Shown in pieces: positions 52,680-64,000 of a DNA stretch of 64,000 nt. The notes below the pieces were generated by a model, which saw only the letters and a program-made list of their open reading frames with translations, did no database searches and had not been told where the DNA came from. The stretch comes from Octopus bimaculoides (lineage: Eukaryota). How positions within the stretch are numbered: the stretch's first letter is position 1; the number at the start of each line of letters is the position of its first letter. The stretch covers positions 107,509,065 to 107,573,064 of the forward strand of contig NC_068985.1 of assembly GCF_001194135.2 (NCBI RefSeq), in the 5' to 3' direction. The position numbers and the translations under genes are program-made.

Positions 52680-53025
52680 ACCGTTCAAGCGTGATCATTA
52701 CCAGCGTCGCCTTCCTGGCACATGAAAAGTCATTCGAGCGAGATCATTGCCAGTGCCACTGGACTAGCTCCTGTGCAGGTGGCACATAAAATACACCATT
52801 TTGAGCGTGGCCATTGCCAGTACCGCCTGACTGGCCTTTGTGCGGGTGACATGTAAAAGCACCCACTACACTCTCGGAGTGGTTGGCATTAGGAAGGGCA
52901 TCCAGCTGTAGAAACTCTGCCAAATCAGATTGGAGCCTGGTATAGCCATCTGGTTCACCAGTCCTCAGTCAAATCGTCCAACCCATGCTAGCATGGAAAG
53001 CGGACGTTAAACGATGATGATGATA
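52680..53025 (+). mobile_element. Family B copy in the last FAM107 intron
   Basis: Same consensus. Further copies at 54915-55140 (-), 58968-59260 (-) and 62025-62300 (+). Confidence 0.8.
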
Positions 53026-55779
53026 CACACATTTTTAGATCACATACAAATTATACCATCAAAACAGATTGGCAAAGATACCAAGGCACAATAATCACTA
53101 GCTTATAGATATGCTGTTTCTTGCATCTCTTCTTCCTTCACTATAACAGCTTCTGCTATTCTGAACTAACAAGCTGAGTACAACATCTAGAATAAAATAT
53201 GCGAAATGTACAAAACTGTCTTTTTATGCCCAAAGATCAGATACTTTTAAAATTAACCTTATATGCTTTGGACAAAAGACAGAATAGTCACAGCTAGAGG
53301 GTCTTTGATCATATGATCGCCGATTAAGCAAACCTAGGCTATAACTGTATCATACCCTCCAATTCTACACTACACAATCTTTCCTGATGACTTACCTACT
53401 GACTTTAACCTATGGAAGTTCAATCATTTCTTTTTTTCTGATTATATAATTATATAACATAAATAATGTAGTAGTTGGCAGTCAAGGCATAGCATATGCG
53501 TTTGTCAAGTCTAGAATATAGATAAATTTGTTCTTAGTACAACAGTGAACCTTGGAGTAAGAAAACATTAAATAAGGGCTTGGTAGAATTCAACATCCAT
53601 TTTCCATGTAAGCATCAGTGAAACTGGATCTCTGCATAACAGAAAATTTTTCCTCAGGGCAAAACCCTGTTCTCTTGCTATATGATATGGCTAGATATTC
53701 AACTGAGGGGTGACTATTTTTGAACAAGGGTAAAACATAAGATTGATACTGCTTCTTTTCTTCTAAATTTTCCAGAACTAAATGGTCTTATCCACTCAAG
53801 ACACAACAGTAGTTGGAACTTATGACCATTCATTCAATGAGGAGTATTATATGAACACCTTACCCTCACATCCACAATATATGAAAGCTGAAGTCAGGCT
53901 CCCAAATAATACCAATAGCACCACTCACTGTAGCAGATATATTGATTATTAATATTCAGGGTTAGCAAGAGTCTGTTGGAGAATTGCCAGCTGAAGTAAA
54001 CATCAATCATCTACAGATAAAACTTTCATGAATCCTGACATTTTCAAATACAGCAACAAAGAAATGGTGCAAATTAAGGAAGCTTGAATACTACTGTGGC
54101 ATTAATACAGTTAGCTGTAGCTGATATTTTATATCAACGTGGAATCCTGAAGATGATGTGAACAAAATTTCGTGATGTATTTTAGCTCTAAGTTTAAATC
54201 TTGCAGGGGTCAGTTAACATTGATCTTATAAAATTCAAATGAAGACTGTACTGAGATCAACTCCGTAAAAGAGTGCTGAATAAGTAGCTTAACTAAATTA
54301 TTACAATATCTAGGTCTGCTTTTCTGAGTTCAATTCAAATCTAGTGAGGGGGATCACTAATTCTGGGACTGATAAACAAGTTTTTGCTATGCTGTTGACC
54401 CTAGTGAAAAGTAATATTTTACATTACGATCAAATCAACTGCCAATGTATGTGTTGCACAATAACAAAATGCATACAAAAAGTTACTCTACAGGTATTTA
54501 GCTCTTATAGTGCAGAAGCTGAGGATATGCAGTTCCAGGCATGTGCACAAGAATTGAGTTAACCTGTTTTTGATAATGGAGTACTTTCTGGAATTCTCCA
54601 CATTTCATTGTAGTATGCACATTTTATTGGTCTGTAAAATTCAGTATCTGCATGTCAGAACACAAAACAAATTTCATCAGTACAGTGAGAGTTAGCCCTT
54701 TTGTTATCATATTTCTGTTGAAGTACACTGCCTTTATTTCAATTAATTTTGAAAAATAGTGAAGATTTTATTGAAGTAAATTTGTTATTAAGATCACTTT
54801 AAAGCAGGACATTTGTACCATTCAGCTAGAGGTTGCCTCACATAGGATGGTATCAAAGGGTAACTTTCTTTTAAGCCGTTAACATTCAAATTACTCTGTC
54901 AAATCATCATCATTTAGTTTCTGTTTTCCAGGCTGGCATGGATTGGACAGTTTTGCTGGAACTGGCAAGCCAGAATACTGCACCAAGCCCCACTGTCTGT
55001 TTTGGCATGGTCTTTATGGCTGGATATCCTTCCTAATGCCAACCACTTTACAAAGTGGACTGGGTGCTTTTAATGTGGCACCAGTACTGGCGAGGTCTGT
55101 TTTGGCATAGTTTTCACAGATTGGATGCCCTTCTTAAATGCTTATTTATTCACATTGTTTTGAAGTAATCACAGAGTCTTGTAGCTTTGAGACTTCAATG
55201 GTGTTTACTTTTAGAATGATATTGTAAATATAGTTATGAGAAACTGGATCCGGCTAGTTTGAATATAAAACAGGTAGAATATTTGAGCTGGATATGGTAA
55301 GTTTTAGATGCTAAAGGGCTAAGGAAACTGAATTAAGAAAAAAGGATTAGCAAGGAAGTTTGGTAGCTAATAGAATTTGGTGAAATAATGTTTAGTCAAT
55401 GTAATTCTACTACTTCAATTGCACTTGACAAACATTTTTGCTGGAAAAACTTACTGAATAGATGAGAATGTCCAGATCAAAGAACAAAGACATAAAATTT
55501 GTAAAGGTGAATTGAATAAATTCTTGAAACAACCACCAAGATTTAAGAGACTAACAGTGAAAAATCTCATACAGACCAGTCTCCTGAATGATAAAGAATT
55601 TTACTCTACTGACTTGTGACAATACACCAAGTTCCAGACGAGGAATAATTTTTTTATACTACACTGAACCCAAACTTAAAGGCCAGACCAAGTTTCTAAT
55701 GAAAGTTAAACAACAGTAAGTGTAACATAGCAAAATATGGTGAATAAAGAAGATTGAAATAATATGCTTCTTCCCTTAC

Positions 55780-55933
55780 CTGTGTAATTTTATTTTTCCT
55801 TTCTTCTAACATCAATTCTAGACTATTCCGTTTGTTAACAATTTTATGTTCGTCCCATTCTTTCCTTCGTTGCACTTCTTTCCTCTGCTGCATTACTTTT
55901 TGCAGTTCGGATTTCTTCAAGACATTTTTACCT
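55780..55933 (-). CDS. FAM107: FAM107 exon: (L)GKNVLKKSELQKVMQQRKEVQRRKEWDEHKIVNKRNSLELMLEERKNKITQ
   Basis: Acceptor ttcttacttcag, donor CAG|gtaagg. Phase 2 in, phase 0 out. KSELQKVM-x-x-RK and SLEL-x-L match FAM107 KPELQKVMEKRK and SDLEIEL. Confidence 0.92.
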
Positions 55934-56724
55934 CTGAAGTAAGAATACAAAAACGTATATCATATTATAATCACATTGCACAACAACATTGAAATGCTGT
56001 CCAAACATTAGCAGCCAAACATACTAATTTGATCTAACTGAATAAACCAATCACATCAATTTTATTCTAATGATCTGATCAATGACTCCTGTCCCATACC
56101 AATATTTTGACAACCACCATACCTTAACCTAATCAACTTGCATTCACTACATACCAGTGATATAGCCAACATACAATATTGACCCGACCTATTAAATTTG
56201 AATATTTATGATTTTCACTGGGACAAAAAGTGATATATGAATTTAGAAACTTAAGAACTTCCGAATTAGTGACCCCTGAAGATCAGCATCTGGAAAGGAC
56301 GTTAATTTGAATTGCTTAGGTGTGATTAGTGGATCCATCCCAGATTTCAGACAAAAGCACAGGACCACAAATTTTAGGAGAGAAGTTATGATTGATTATA
56401 TTGACCTAGTACTTGACTGGCACTAATTTTAATAACCCCCAAAGAGACAAAAAGTATATACTACCCTGGCGGGAGATGAACCCAGAATGTGAAGATATGT
56501 AGTTGAATATTGTATGGCATTTTGTCCATTGGACTATCTCAGTATATTATTGATTTCTAGCATTGACATAAGGTTAGCTGGGAAGAGGTACATTTGATTT
56601 CATTGATCTTAATAATGGATGGGTATAGGCAAGTAACACTCATGAAGCTCTAGTTTTGAACTTTAGCTTTGGAACTAGATAACTTAAAAACAACCAGTAC
56701 AACTCTAGTCTGTACCACAACTCT

Positions 56725-56935
56725 TTCTCTTTACTCTTTTACTTGTTTCAGTCATTTGACTGCGGCCATGCTGGAGCACCACTTTTTAGTCGAGCAAATT
56801 GACCCCAGGACTTATTCTTTGGAAGCCTAGTACTTATACTATTGGTTTCTTTTGCCGAACCGCTAAGTTACGGGAATGTAAACACACCGCCATTGGTTGT
56901 CAAGCGATGTTGGGGAGACAAACACGGACACACAA

Positions 56936-56966
<31 letters not shown>

Positions 56967-57137
56967 CATATATACGATGGGCTTCTTTCAGTTTCCGTCT
57001 ACCAAATCCACTCACAAGGCTTTGGTCGGCCCGAGGCTATAATAGAAGACACTTGCCCAAGGTGCCACGCAGTGGGACTGAACCCGGACCCATGTGGTTG
57101 GTAAACAAGCTACTTACCACACAGCCACTCCTGCGCC
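56725..57137 (-). mobile_element. SINE family A in a FAM107 intron
   Basis: Full length. Confidence 0.85.
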
Positions 57138-57455
57138 TATAATAATAATATTAATGAATAATAATATTAATGAAATTAATAATGGTTTCAAATTTTGGCA
57201 CAAGGCCACCAATTTTAGCATGGAAGGGATTAATTGATTGGTTCCTTATTTTACTGACCCTGAAGAAATACCACTAAGCATTTTGTCACTGTAGTGATAC
57301 TCTCCACCAGTAGCCTTAACGATTGATATTGTCACAAGACAAAATTCTGTTGGTAGTTAGAGTCAATCAAACCAATGCAATACTTGGTGGATTGGCAGAA
57401 TTGTAGAACAAAATAGTTAGTAGTCGTAGTAATAATAATGATACAAATAACTTAC

Positions 57456-57618
57456 AATCTGTGATTAAGTAAAAGTTCTTTGTGCAAATCGCGGCGTTCT
57501 TTGGACAGAATACAAGGGTTAACCAATTTTTTAGGTTGTACTAAACCATTTTCTTCATCTGAAGCTGGGTATATGTCTTCATTCAGATAGTCAGGATGTG
57601 GCTCCATGAAGATATTTT
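57456..57618 (-). CDS. FAM107: FAM107/DRR1 (DUF1151) exon: ENIFMEPHPDYLNEDIYPASDEENGLVQPKKLVNPCILSKERRDLHKELLLNHR
   Basis: Acceptor ttacacag, donor TT|gtaagt. The motif LVQPKKLVNP-x(5)-RRDLHKELLLN matches my recollection of the FAM107 signature LIRPQKLINP-x(5)-HQDLHRELLMN. Internal ATG at 57607. Confidence 0.92.
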
Positions 57619-58157
57619 CTGTGTAACAATAACAGCAATGACATTTTAGGCAACGAGATAACATTTATAAAGAAGAAAAACAAAAAGATATCTCTATAAC
57701 AGTTTGAAAGTAGAAATTGTGGAATAATATAACCACAAAGATAAATAAAGTTTTGGTGTAATTTTTATTATTTATCTAACCCATGCCAGCATGGAAGACA
57801 GACATTAAATGATGATGATGATTCAATGTCTTTAGTTCCACTTTTCCATGCTTGCATGGGTCACACAATAACTTTGATGAAGTGTATTTTTCTATGATTG
57901 AATGCTCTTCCCGTTGCTAACCCTCATCTGTTTCTTTAAGTCTATCTAGCTAACAACAAATACCTGGACATGCTTTTACAGAGAAATCTTAACAAGTGAC
58001 ACCGTTTGTATGAATGGTGACTTCTTGTTTACAATCAGGTGCAGGCATGATTGAGTGGTTAAGAAGTTTGCATACCCAACCACATGACATTTTGGGCACA
58101 GGTTGGAAACAAACCACATTGCTTATATGACAGTGATGCTCATTTGTAATTATTGTA

Positions 58158-58704
58158 CAGGGTGTCCACAAAGTCTGGGTACATGGAGTAAATAAAATCA
58201 TAACATAAACAGTTAAATATAAGAAATAATAATTTCTTAAAGTATGTGTTAATCTCCATGTGGGTACATGGAGTAAATAAAATTGTGACATAAACAATTA
58301 AATATAAGAAATAATAATTTCTTAAAGTATGTGTTAATCTCCATGTGGGTACATGGAGTAAATAAAATCGTGACATAAACATTTAAATATAAAAAATTAT
58401 AATTTCTTAAAGAATGTGTTAATCCCCATGTGGGTACATGGAGTAAATAAAATCATAACATAAACAATTAAATATAAGAAATAATAATTTCTTAAAGTAT
58501 GTGTTGATCTCCATGTGGGTACATGGAGAAAATAAAATCGTGACAAACATTTAAATATAAAAAATAATTTTTTAAAGAATGTGTTAATCCCCATGTGGGT
58601 ACATGGAGTAAATAAAATCATAACATAAACATTTAAATATAAGAAATTATAATTTCTTAAAGTATGTGTTAATCCCCATGTACCCAGACTTTGTGGACAC
58701 CCTG
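58158..58704. mobile_element. Same MITE family with 6 internal ~85-bp tandem units
   Basis: Same TIRs with TA flanks. Units end at about 58271, 58356, 58441, 58526 and 58606, each at ccatgtgggtacatgg. Confidence 0.9.
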
Positions 58705-60203
58705 TATAATGTCACATACATAAAAGACACATGTAATGGGTTTCTTGTAGTTTACATCAACCAGTTCAACTCACAAGGCTTTGGTTGGCCTGGTACCATT
58801 TGCCCATGTTGCTGTGCAATGGAATTGAATACAAAACTGTGGTTGGGAAGCAGGATTCTTAACCATGCAGCCATACATGTGCCTATACATTAATATTATT
58901 ACAAGACATCAAACAAGTATCAAATACTTTTTATCAAGAAGTAGAAACTATTGTTTATAAACTAAATCATCATCATTATCATTTAACGTTTGTTTTCCAT
59001 GCTGGTATGGGTTAGACGGTTTGACTAAGAACTGGTAAGCCAGGAGGCTGCACCAGGCTCCAATCCGATTTGGCAAGATTTCTATAGCTGGATGCTCTTT
59101 CTAACACCAACCACTCCAGTTTTATGTGCCACTGGCATGGGAGCCAGTTAGGCGGCACTGGCATCAGTTATGGTTGAATGGTGCTTTTTATGTGCCAGTC
59201 AGGCGGCTCTGGCATAGGCCATGCTTGAATGGTGCTTTTTATATGCTAGTCAGGCGGTACTGGTATGTTATATTAAAATTAAGTGCTTGTAACTATACAA
59301 ATATGATAATAATTAAACCTAAACAATATGTACACAAACACCAAATATAGAAACACAAAGATGTATGTGCGAAACAAAGTTTTGTATGTTCGACTGAAGT
59401 AGCCCATAAATTGATCCAGAATAAGTCTATAAAAGTGAAACTAGCAGGGCATAGAGTAAGTTGGTTGTGATGCAAATAAACGATGACTGTTTCAAGAAAA
59501 TATATAGCAAATTAAGAGCATAAAAGTAGATGGAGAAATTCTTGTGACAAAATGGTTAAATTACAGATGCAGCTGTCTGGACATCACATATAGAATGATA
59601 TACATTATAAAAATGCATACAGATGTATTGCAGATATTTCAACTAGCCAGCACAGAAAAACAGATGTGGTGATGATGATAATGAAATATAAACAAATATA
59701 TGAAAGACTTCTCGTAAACATATCAAAAAATAGCTAAGCATAAGAAAGTATGAAAGTTAGGTAAGGTGTTGGCTAAGCAGTATTTTATACTTACAAATAT
59801 CAGTGTTCTTGAAATAATTCAGTTTAAAAATAATCACCATAATAGTTTAAACTATGTAGTCAATTAAGAAACAAGTGGAAAGAACAGTTTTTTCTCTGTG
59901 TAAATCAATGATATAGATATACAGTGGAGGTGGCTGATAAAATCAGTTACAGCAATTATCTATAAATCAAAAATATTAATCTAAGTCTTACAGATAGCAT
60001 ACATGACTTAAATAGGTCAAAAGACGTCAAGTAATTTAATGACATTCAGAAAACAGCAGGAGGATGGTATCTAGCAAATAGATCAGAGACGAATGGCTTG
60101 TAAATAAAACAAAGGCAGAATATTTGTAGTACCAATTAAAATGGTAATCTGTCCTGTCCAGATTTTATAGTTTGGCCAAAGGTGAAATACAACATTATCT
60201 TAC

Positions 60204-60264
60204 CTTGAGAGTGAAAGCTATGCTGCATTTCATCTGCTGGGGTGCCAGGCAATGATCGAGCTTT
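60204..60264 (-). CDS. FAM107: FAM107-family gene, upstream exon (KARSLPGTPADEMQHSFHSQ+G; first in-frame ATG at 60228)
   Basis: Acceptor ttttgtctttttcag, donor CAAG|gtaaga, 61 nt. Ends in phase 1 (G), which joins AA of the next exon to give GAA in the conserved frame. Confidence 0.7.
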
Positions 60265-60508
60265 CTGAAAAAGACAAAATCAAGAATTACTAAACATATT
60301 TACAGGAGCATACAGAGGTAAATCAATGTAGGATTGGTGAGTTAGCGTCATAGCAGTTATCCGGTTTTTAGCTAGCCATTTCCTCACTAAATCTAAAGTA
60401 GGGACTCTCATACTAACGTTATCTCCTGTCATGTTCAATCAATAGGCTGTTTTCTAAGTCTGATTATTTCAAGATGGAAGAGGCAATTTATACAAATGAG
60501 AAACTTAC

Positions 60509-60514
60509 CAGGAT
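60509..60514 (-). other. Candidate 6-nt microexon (ATCCTG), or 3' end of an upstream 5'UTR exon, of the FAM107 gene
   Basis: Minus strand reads tcctgttttcttgcttggctctccag|ATCCTG|gtaagt: pyrimidine tract, AG and a perfect donor 244 nt above the 60264 exon. Confidence 0.35.
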
Positions 60515-60832
60515 CTGGAGAGCCAAGCAAGAAAACAGGATTTCCGTGAAATAGATTTGTTAAGTTTTGCCATAAAAAGTGATAAAAAAATGATGACAAT
60601 TCAAATATCGATGTTTATTGGTGAATTAATTGTAATAAGGAGAATAAAAGTACTTCAAGATATAAATAGTATCTGAAGGGAAATGATGCTAGGTTTGGAT
60701 GATACTTAATGACTAAGGAATTAGAGTTTACAGCTTCCTTGGAAAATCTTCATAACACCATTCAAAAGAAAATAATGGATAATACTTTGAAAAAAAAAAA
60801 AAAAAAATTAATGTTACAGTAAAACATGACAT

Positions 60833-61225
60833 AGGTGCAGGAGTGGCTGTGTGGTAAGTAGCTTGCTTACCAACCACATGGTTCCTGGTTCAGTCTCAAT
60901 GCATGGCACCTTGGGCAAGTGTCTTCTACTATAGCCTCGGGCCGACCAAAGCCTTGTGAGTGGATTTGGTAGACGGAAACTGAAAGAAGCCTGTCGTATA
61001 TATGTATATATGTGTGTGTGTGTGTGTGTCTGTATTTGTCCCCCTAGCATTGCTTGACAACCGATGCAGGTGTGTTTATGTCCCCGTAACTTAGCGATTC
61101 GGCAAAAGAGACCAATAGAATAAGTACTAGGCTTCCAAAGAATAAGTCCTGGGTTTGATTTGCTCGACTAAAGGCGGTGCTCCAGCATGGCCGCAGTCAA
61201 ATGACTGAAACGAGCAAAGAGTAAA
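60833..61225 (+). mobile_element. SINE family A
   Basis: Full length, inverted relative to 56725-57137. Confidence 0.85.
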
Positions 61226-64000
61226 CATCTCAGTGGTTTGTTGAGACATTGACACCTTTCACTTGCAATTTCTTCATATTTCAGCATTTAACTGAAAAGT
61301 TAGTGTAGAGAGACAGGACAATAGAATTTAAATTTTAGGGACAAAAAATTAAGCAAAAATGTTAATATGAAGTGTGGCAGATAGGGGTGGTAGTACATTA
61401 AACAGGTATAGTTGGGGTACTACCCTTTCTTGTGTATAGCAAATGGGGCAGGTTCTTTTTTTTCCTTCTTAAGTGTGAGCCTGTGACTGGAAATGTTGGT
61501 TTGATTGAGTGCTTAGTTTTCCTGCAAGAAATTTCAGCCTGGTATCAATAGCATATGTACTGGCAGTCTAGTGACGAGAAGTCAAAAGCCAAAGAATGTT
61601 TCCACTATAAAGATAGTTGTATCTTAAACAGATATATTAGATTTGGTCATAATTCCAGAGAATCTTACACAGGTCTATTCACACCTCACACCCATTTCAT
61701 GTAGTTGGAAGTTAGAAAAAATTTTAATATTAAATTTTTGGACAGTGTTTCTTTTAAGTGAAGGCCTCTGTTGGAATTTTTCTTTTGGGGACCTAGTCTG
61801 CTTTAAGCTAAATTGTGTTGTAATGTGGTAATTTGGAGGTAGATAGAATATATATGTTCGTCTGTAATTAGATTTGTAAATTTACTCTCATTTTACTCAG
61901 CTTAATGTGAATTCACCCCAAGACCCGGACTAACGCTTTAATCTTTAAGTTAATTTGTTTGAGAAAATCTGCAGCGTGTTTACCACTTCATACCATTTAA
62001 CAAGACAGCTGAAAATTCTTTCAGATCGTTGCCAGTGCTGCTGGACTGGCTCCTGTACAGGTGGCACGTAAAAAACACCATTTTGAGCGTGGCTGTTACC
62101 AGTTCCGCGTGACTGGCCCTCGTGCTGGTGGCACGTTAAAGCACCCAATACACTCTCGGAGTGGTAGGCGTTAGGAAGGGCATCCAACTGTAGAAACTCT
62201 GCCAGATCAGATTAGAGCCTGGTGCAGCCATCCGGTTCACCAGTACTCAGTCAAATCGTCCAACCCATGCTAGCATGGAAAGTGGACATTAAATGATGAT
62301 GTACTATTAGTAAGCAACCTAAAAAATTTAACACTACAAGTGCAGACATGGCTGTGTAGTTATGAAGTATATTTTGTAACCAAGTGCATTTGGGTTTAGT
62401 CTCAGTCTGGTCAATGCCCTGTGAGTGGAGCAGGTACATGGACACTGTATTAAAACACGTTGTGTGTTGTGTGAGTGAGTGAGAGCACATGTGTGAATAT
62501 TAACTTCATGTGTCCTCATTAATACTGTGTTAGTAAAAAAAAAGAAAACAGTGATATTGTTAACATTCTCTAATAAACAAATTTCCTGTAGTACAGTGGA
62601 CACATGTAAAACACCAATTTTTTAAAAACAAGTGGGAGCTAGGTGACTGGAAAACATGCAGCTGTAGAAAATCTGCTTCAATAAGTTTTGTCTAACCCAT
62701 GCCAGCATGAAGAAATGGATGTAAAAAACGATGTTGATTATCTTTGTTATTAAGAGGTATGAATTATTTAATTCTCCAGCAGAACTATTAGCAGAAAGAA
62801 GTAGAAACTACATGAAATAAACTAGTTTAGATGAAGATGTATAGTTTATAACTGGAACCATTATCACAAACAATAGCCTGACTGATTTCCTTCACATTTT
62901 TCCACCAACAAACAAACACATTCGCAATATCTGTCACAGAATTTTATTTCTGAAATGTTATAGTAAGGGCCAATGATTCATCAAACTTTAGATAAGCCAT
63001 AAAAAAAAGAAAAAAAAAAAAGAAAAAAGAAACGTGTGACATAATTAAAAGGTCACTTTCCCACAGCATGAAATTGAGGAAATCATGATTTAAACTTTCT
63101 ATAAATTACCTCTGCAACCAGTAAAAATACAAACTCCTTAAATCACCAGTCAATTTACTTATATGTATGTTGGAATTAAACACACACCCACATAAACACT
63201 ATACATATATATATAGAGAGAAGCATCATTGGGTGTGATGGGAAAGATAAACATTTATGCCTCTTAATGTGTTGATTTTATACTTTGTTGAATGCTGGGG
63301 CTTATTTTATTGACTATGAAAGGATAAAAGGCAAAGCTGACCTTGTTAGGATTTGAACTGATAAGCTGGGGATATAAAACTCTCCCACCCCAACACCGAC
63401 TCAAAAGTATATCGAAGAGTGACAACAATGTCTTAACTAGAACATATTTGTAAAAGATTAGTAGAATGATGATGCACAAAATGATTTAGTGAGAAATATC
63501 TAGTGTTATTTCTGCATGTTTTGAGTTCAAACCTCACTAGAGTTGTCTCTGTATTTCATCTCTCTAGAACCATTAAGGTAAATTACCAGGCATAAATATA
63601 CCGAGAGAAAATTTTAACTGATGCACTTTGGAAAAGAGAATGTGCTCGAGTAACATATTCTCTTCCTTCAAGGGAACTACTCACAACATCCAATAATATT
63701 AGGGATGTTAGGAATAATTGTAGACAACAATCTCAGCTGAAGTACTCACATCAACAATGAGTCGATATGGCTTGCAAGATGAGCTGCTAGCTCTCCAGAA
63801 CTTTCCAGCTCGGAGAGCAAGATGTCATGATTCCCCTTTTCTCCTCCTTTGTACAGCCGCACCTAGAAAACTGCCACCATCTGGGGTCTCCCACACCAAA
63901 CACAACAGTGTATAAGAGCTGAGTCACCACAGAGAACAAGTACTAGAAAAGTAAAAGGCATGACTGATCTTGATTACTGGGACCACTCTTAAAATATTGA

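Noticed and set aside
58187-58680. Regular repeat array superficially like CRISPR
   Set aside because: The whole 85-bp unit repeats, with no unique spacers and no cas genes. It is internal to a eukaryotic MITE.
63740-63910. GC-richer block with a minus-strand GAT|gtgagt donor as a possible FAM107 first coding exon
   Set aside because: The phase-0 frame has an upstream stop and no ATG. It may be UTR or a repeat remnant and cannot be supported.

Overview
AT-rich, repeat-dense eukaryotic scaffold with eight N-gaps. The SINE, microsatellite and RTE content resembles an octopus/coleoid cephalopod genome (inference from repeat motifs). One protein-coding gene is well supported: a minus-strand FAM107/DRR1-family (DUF1151) gene. 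Its coding exons are 60264-60204, 57618-57456, 55933-55780 and 51315-51196, all with canonical AG/GT sites and matching phases. A candidate 6-nt microexon lies upstream of it. A housekeeping-type promoter cluster (E2F, YY1 and NRF1 motifs) sits at about 40.3 kb. The rest is four SINE families, RTE and R4-like LINE remnants, a Gypsy RT fragment, Tc1/mariner remnants, several MITEs and simple repeats. The most unusual signals are two different hammerhead-ribozyme (HHR) elements. The first is a 345-nt terminally redundant, retrozyme-like unit at 10039-10441, with a minimal type I HHR on one strand and a 99-codon ORF on the other. The second is a tRNA-headed SINE whose 3' half carries a Penelope-type HHR (12241-12520, with a CpG-decayed copy at 33821-34064).
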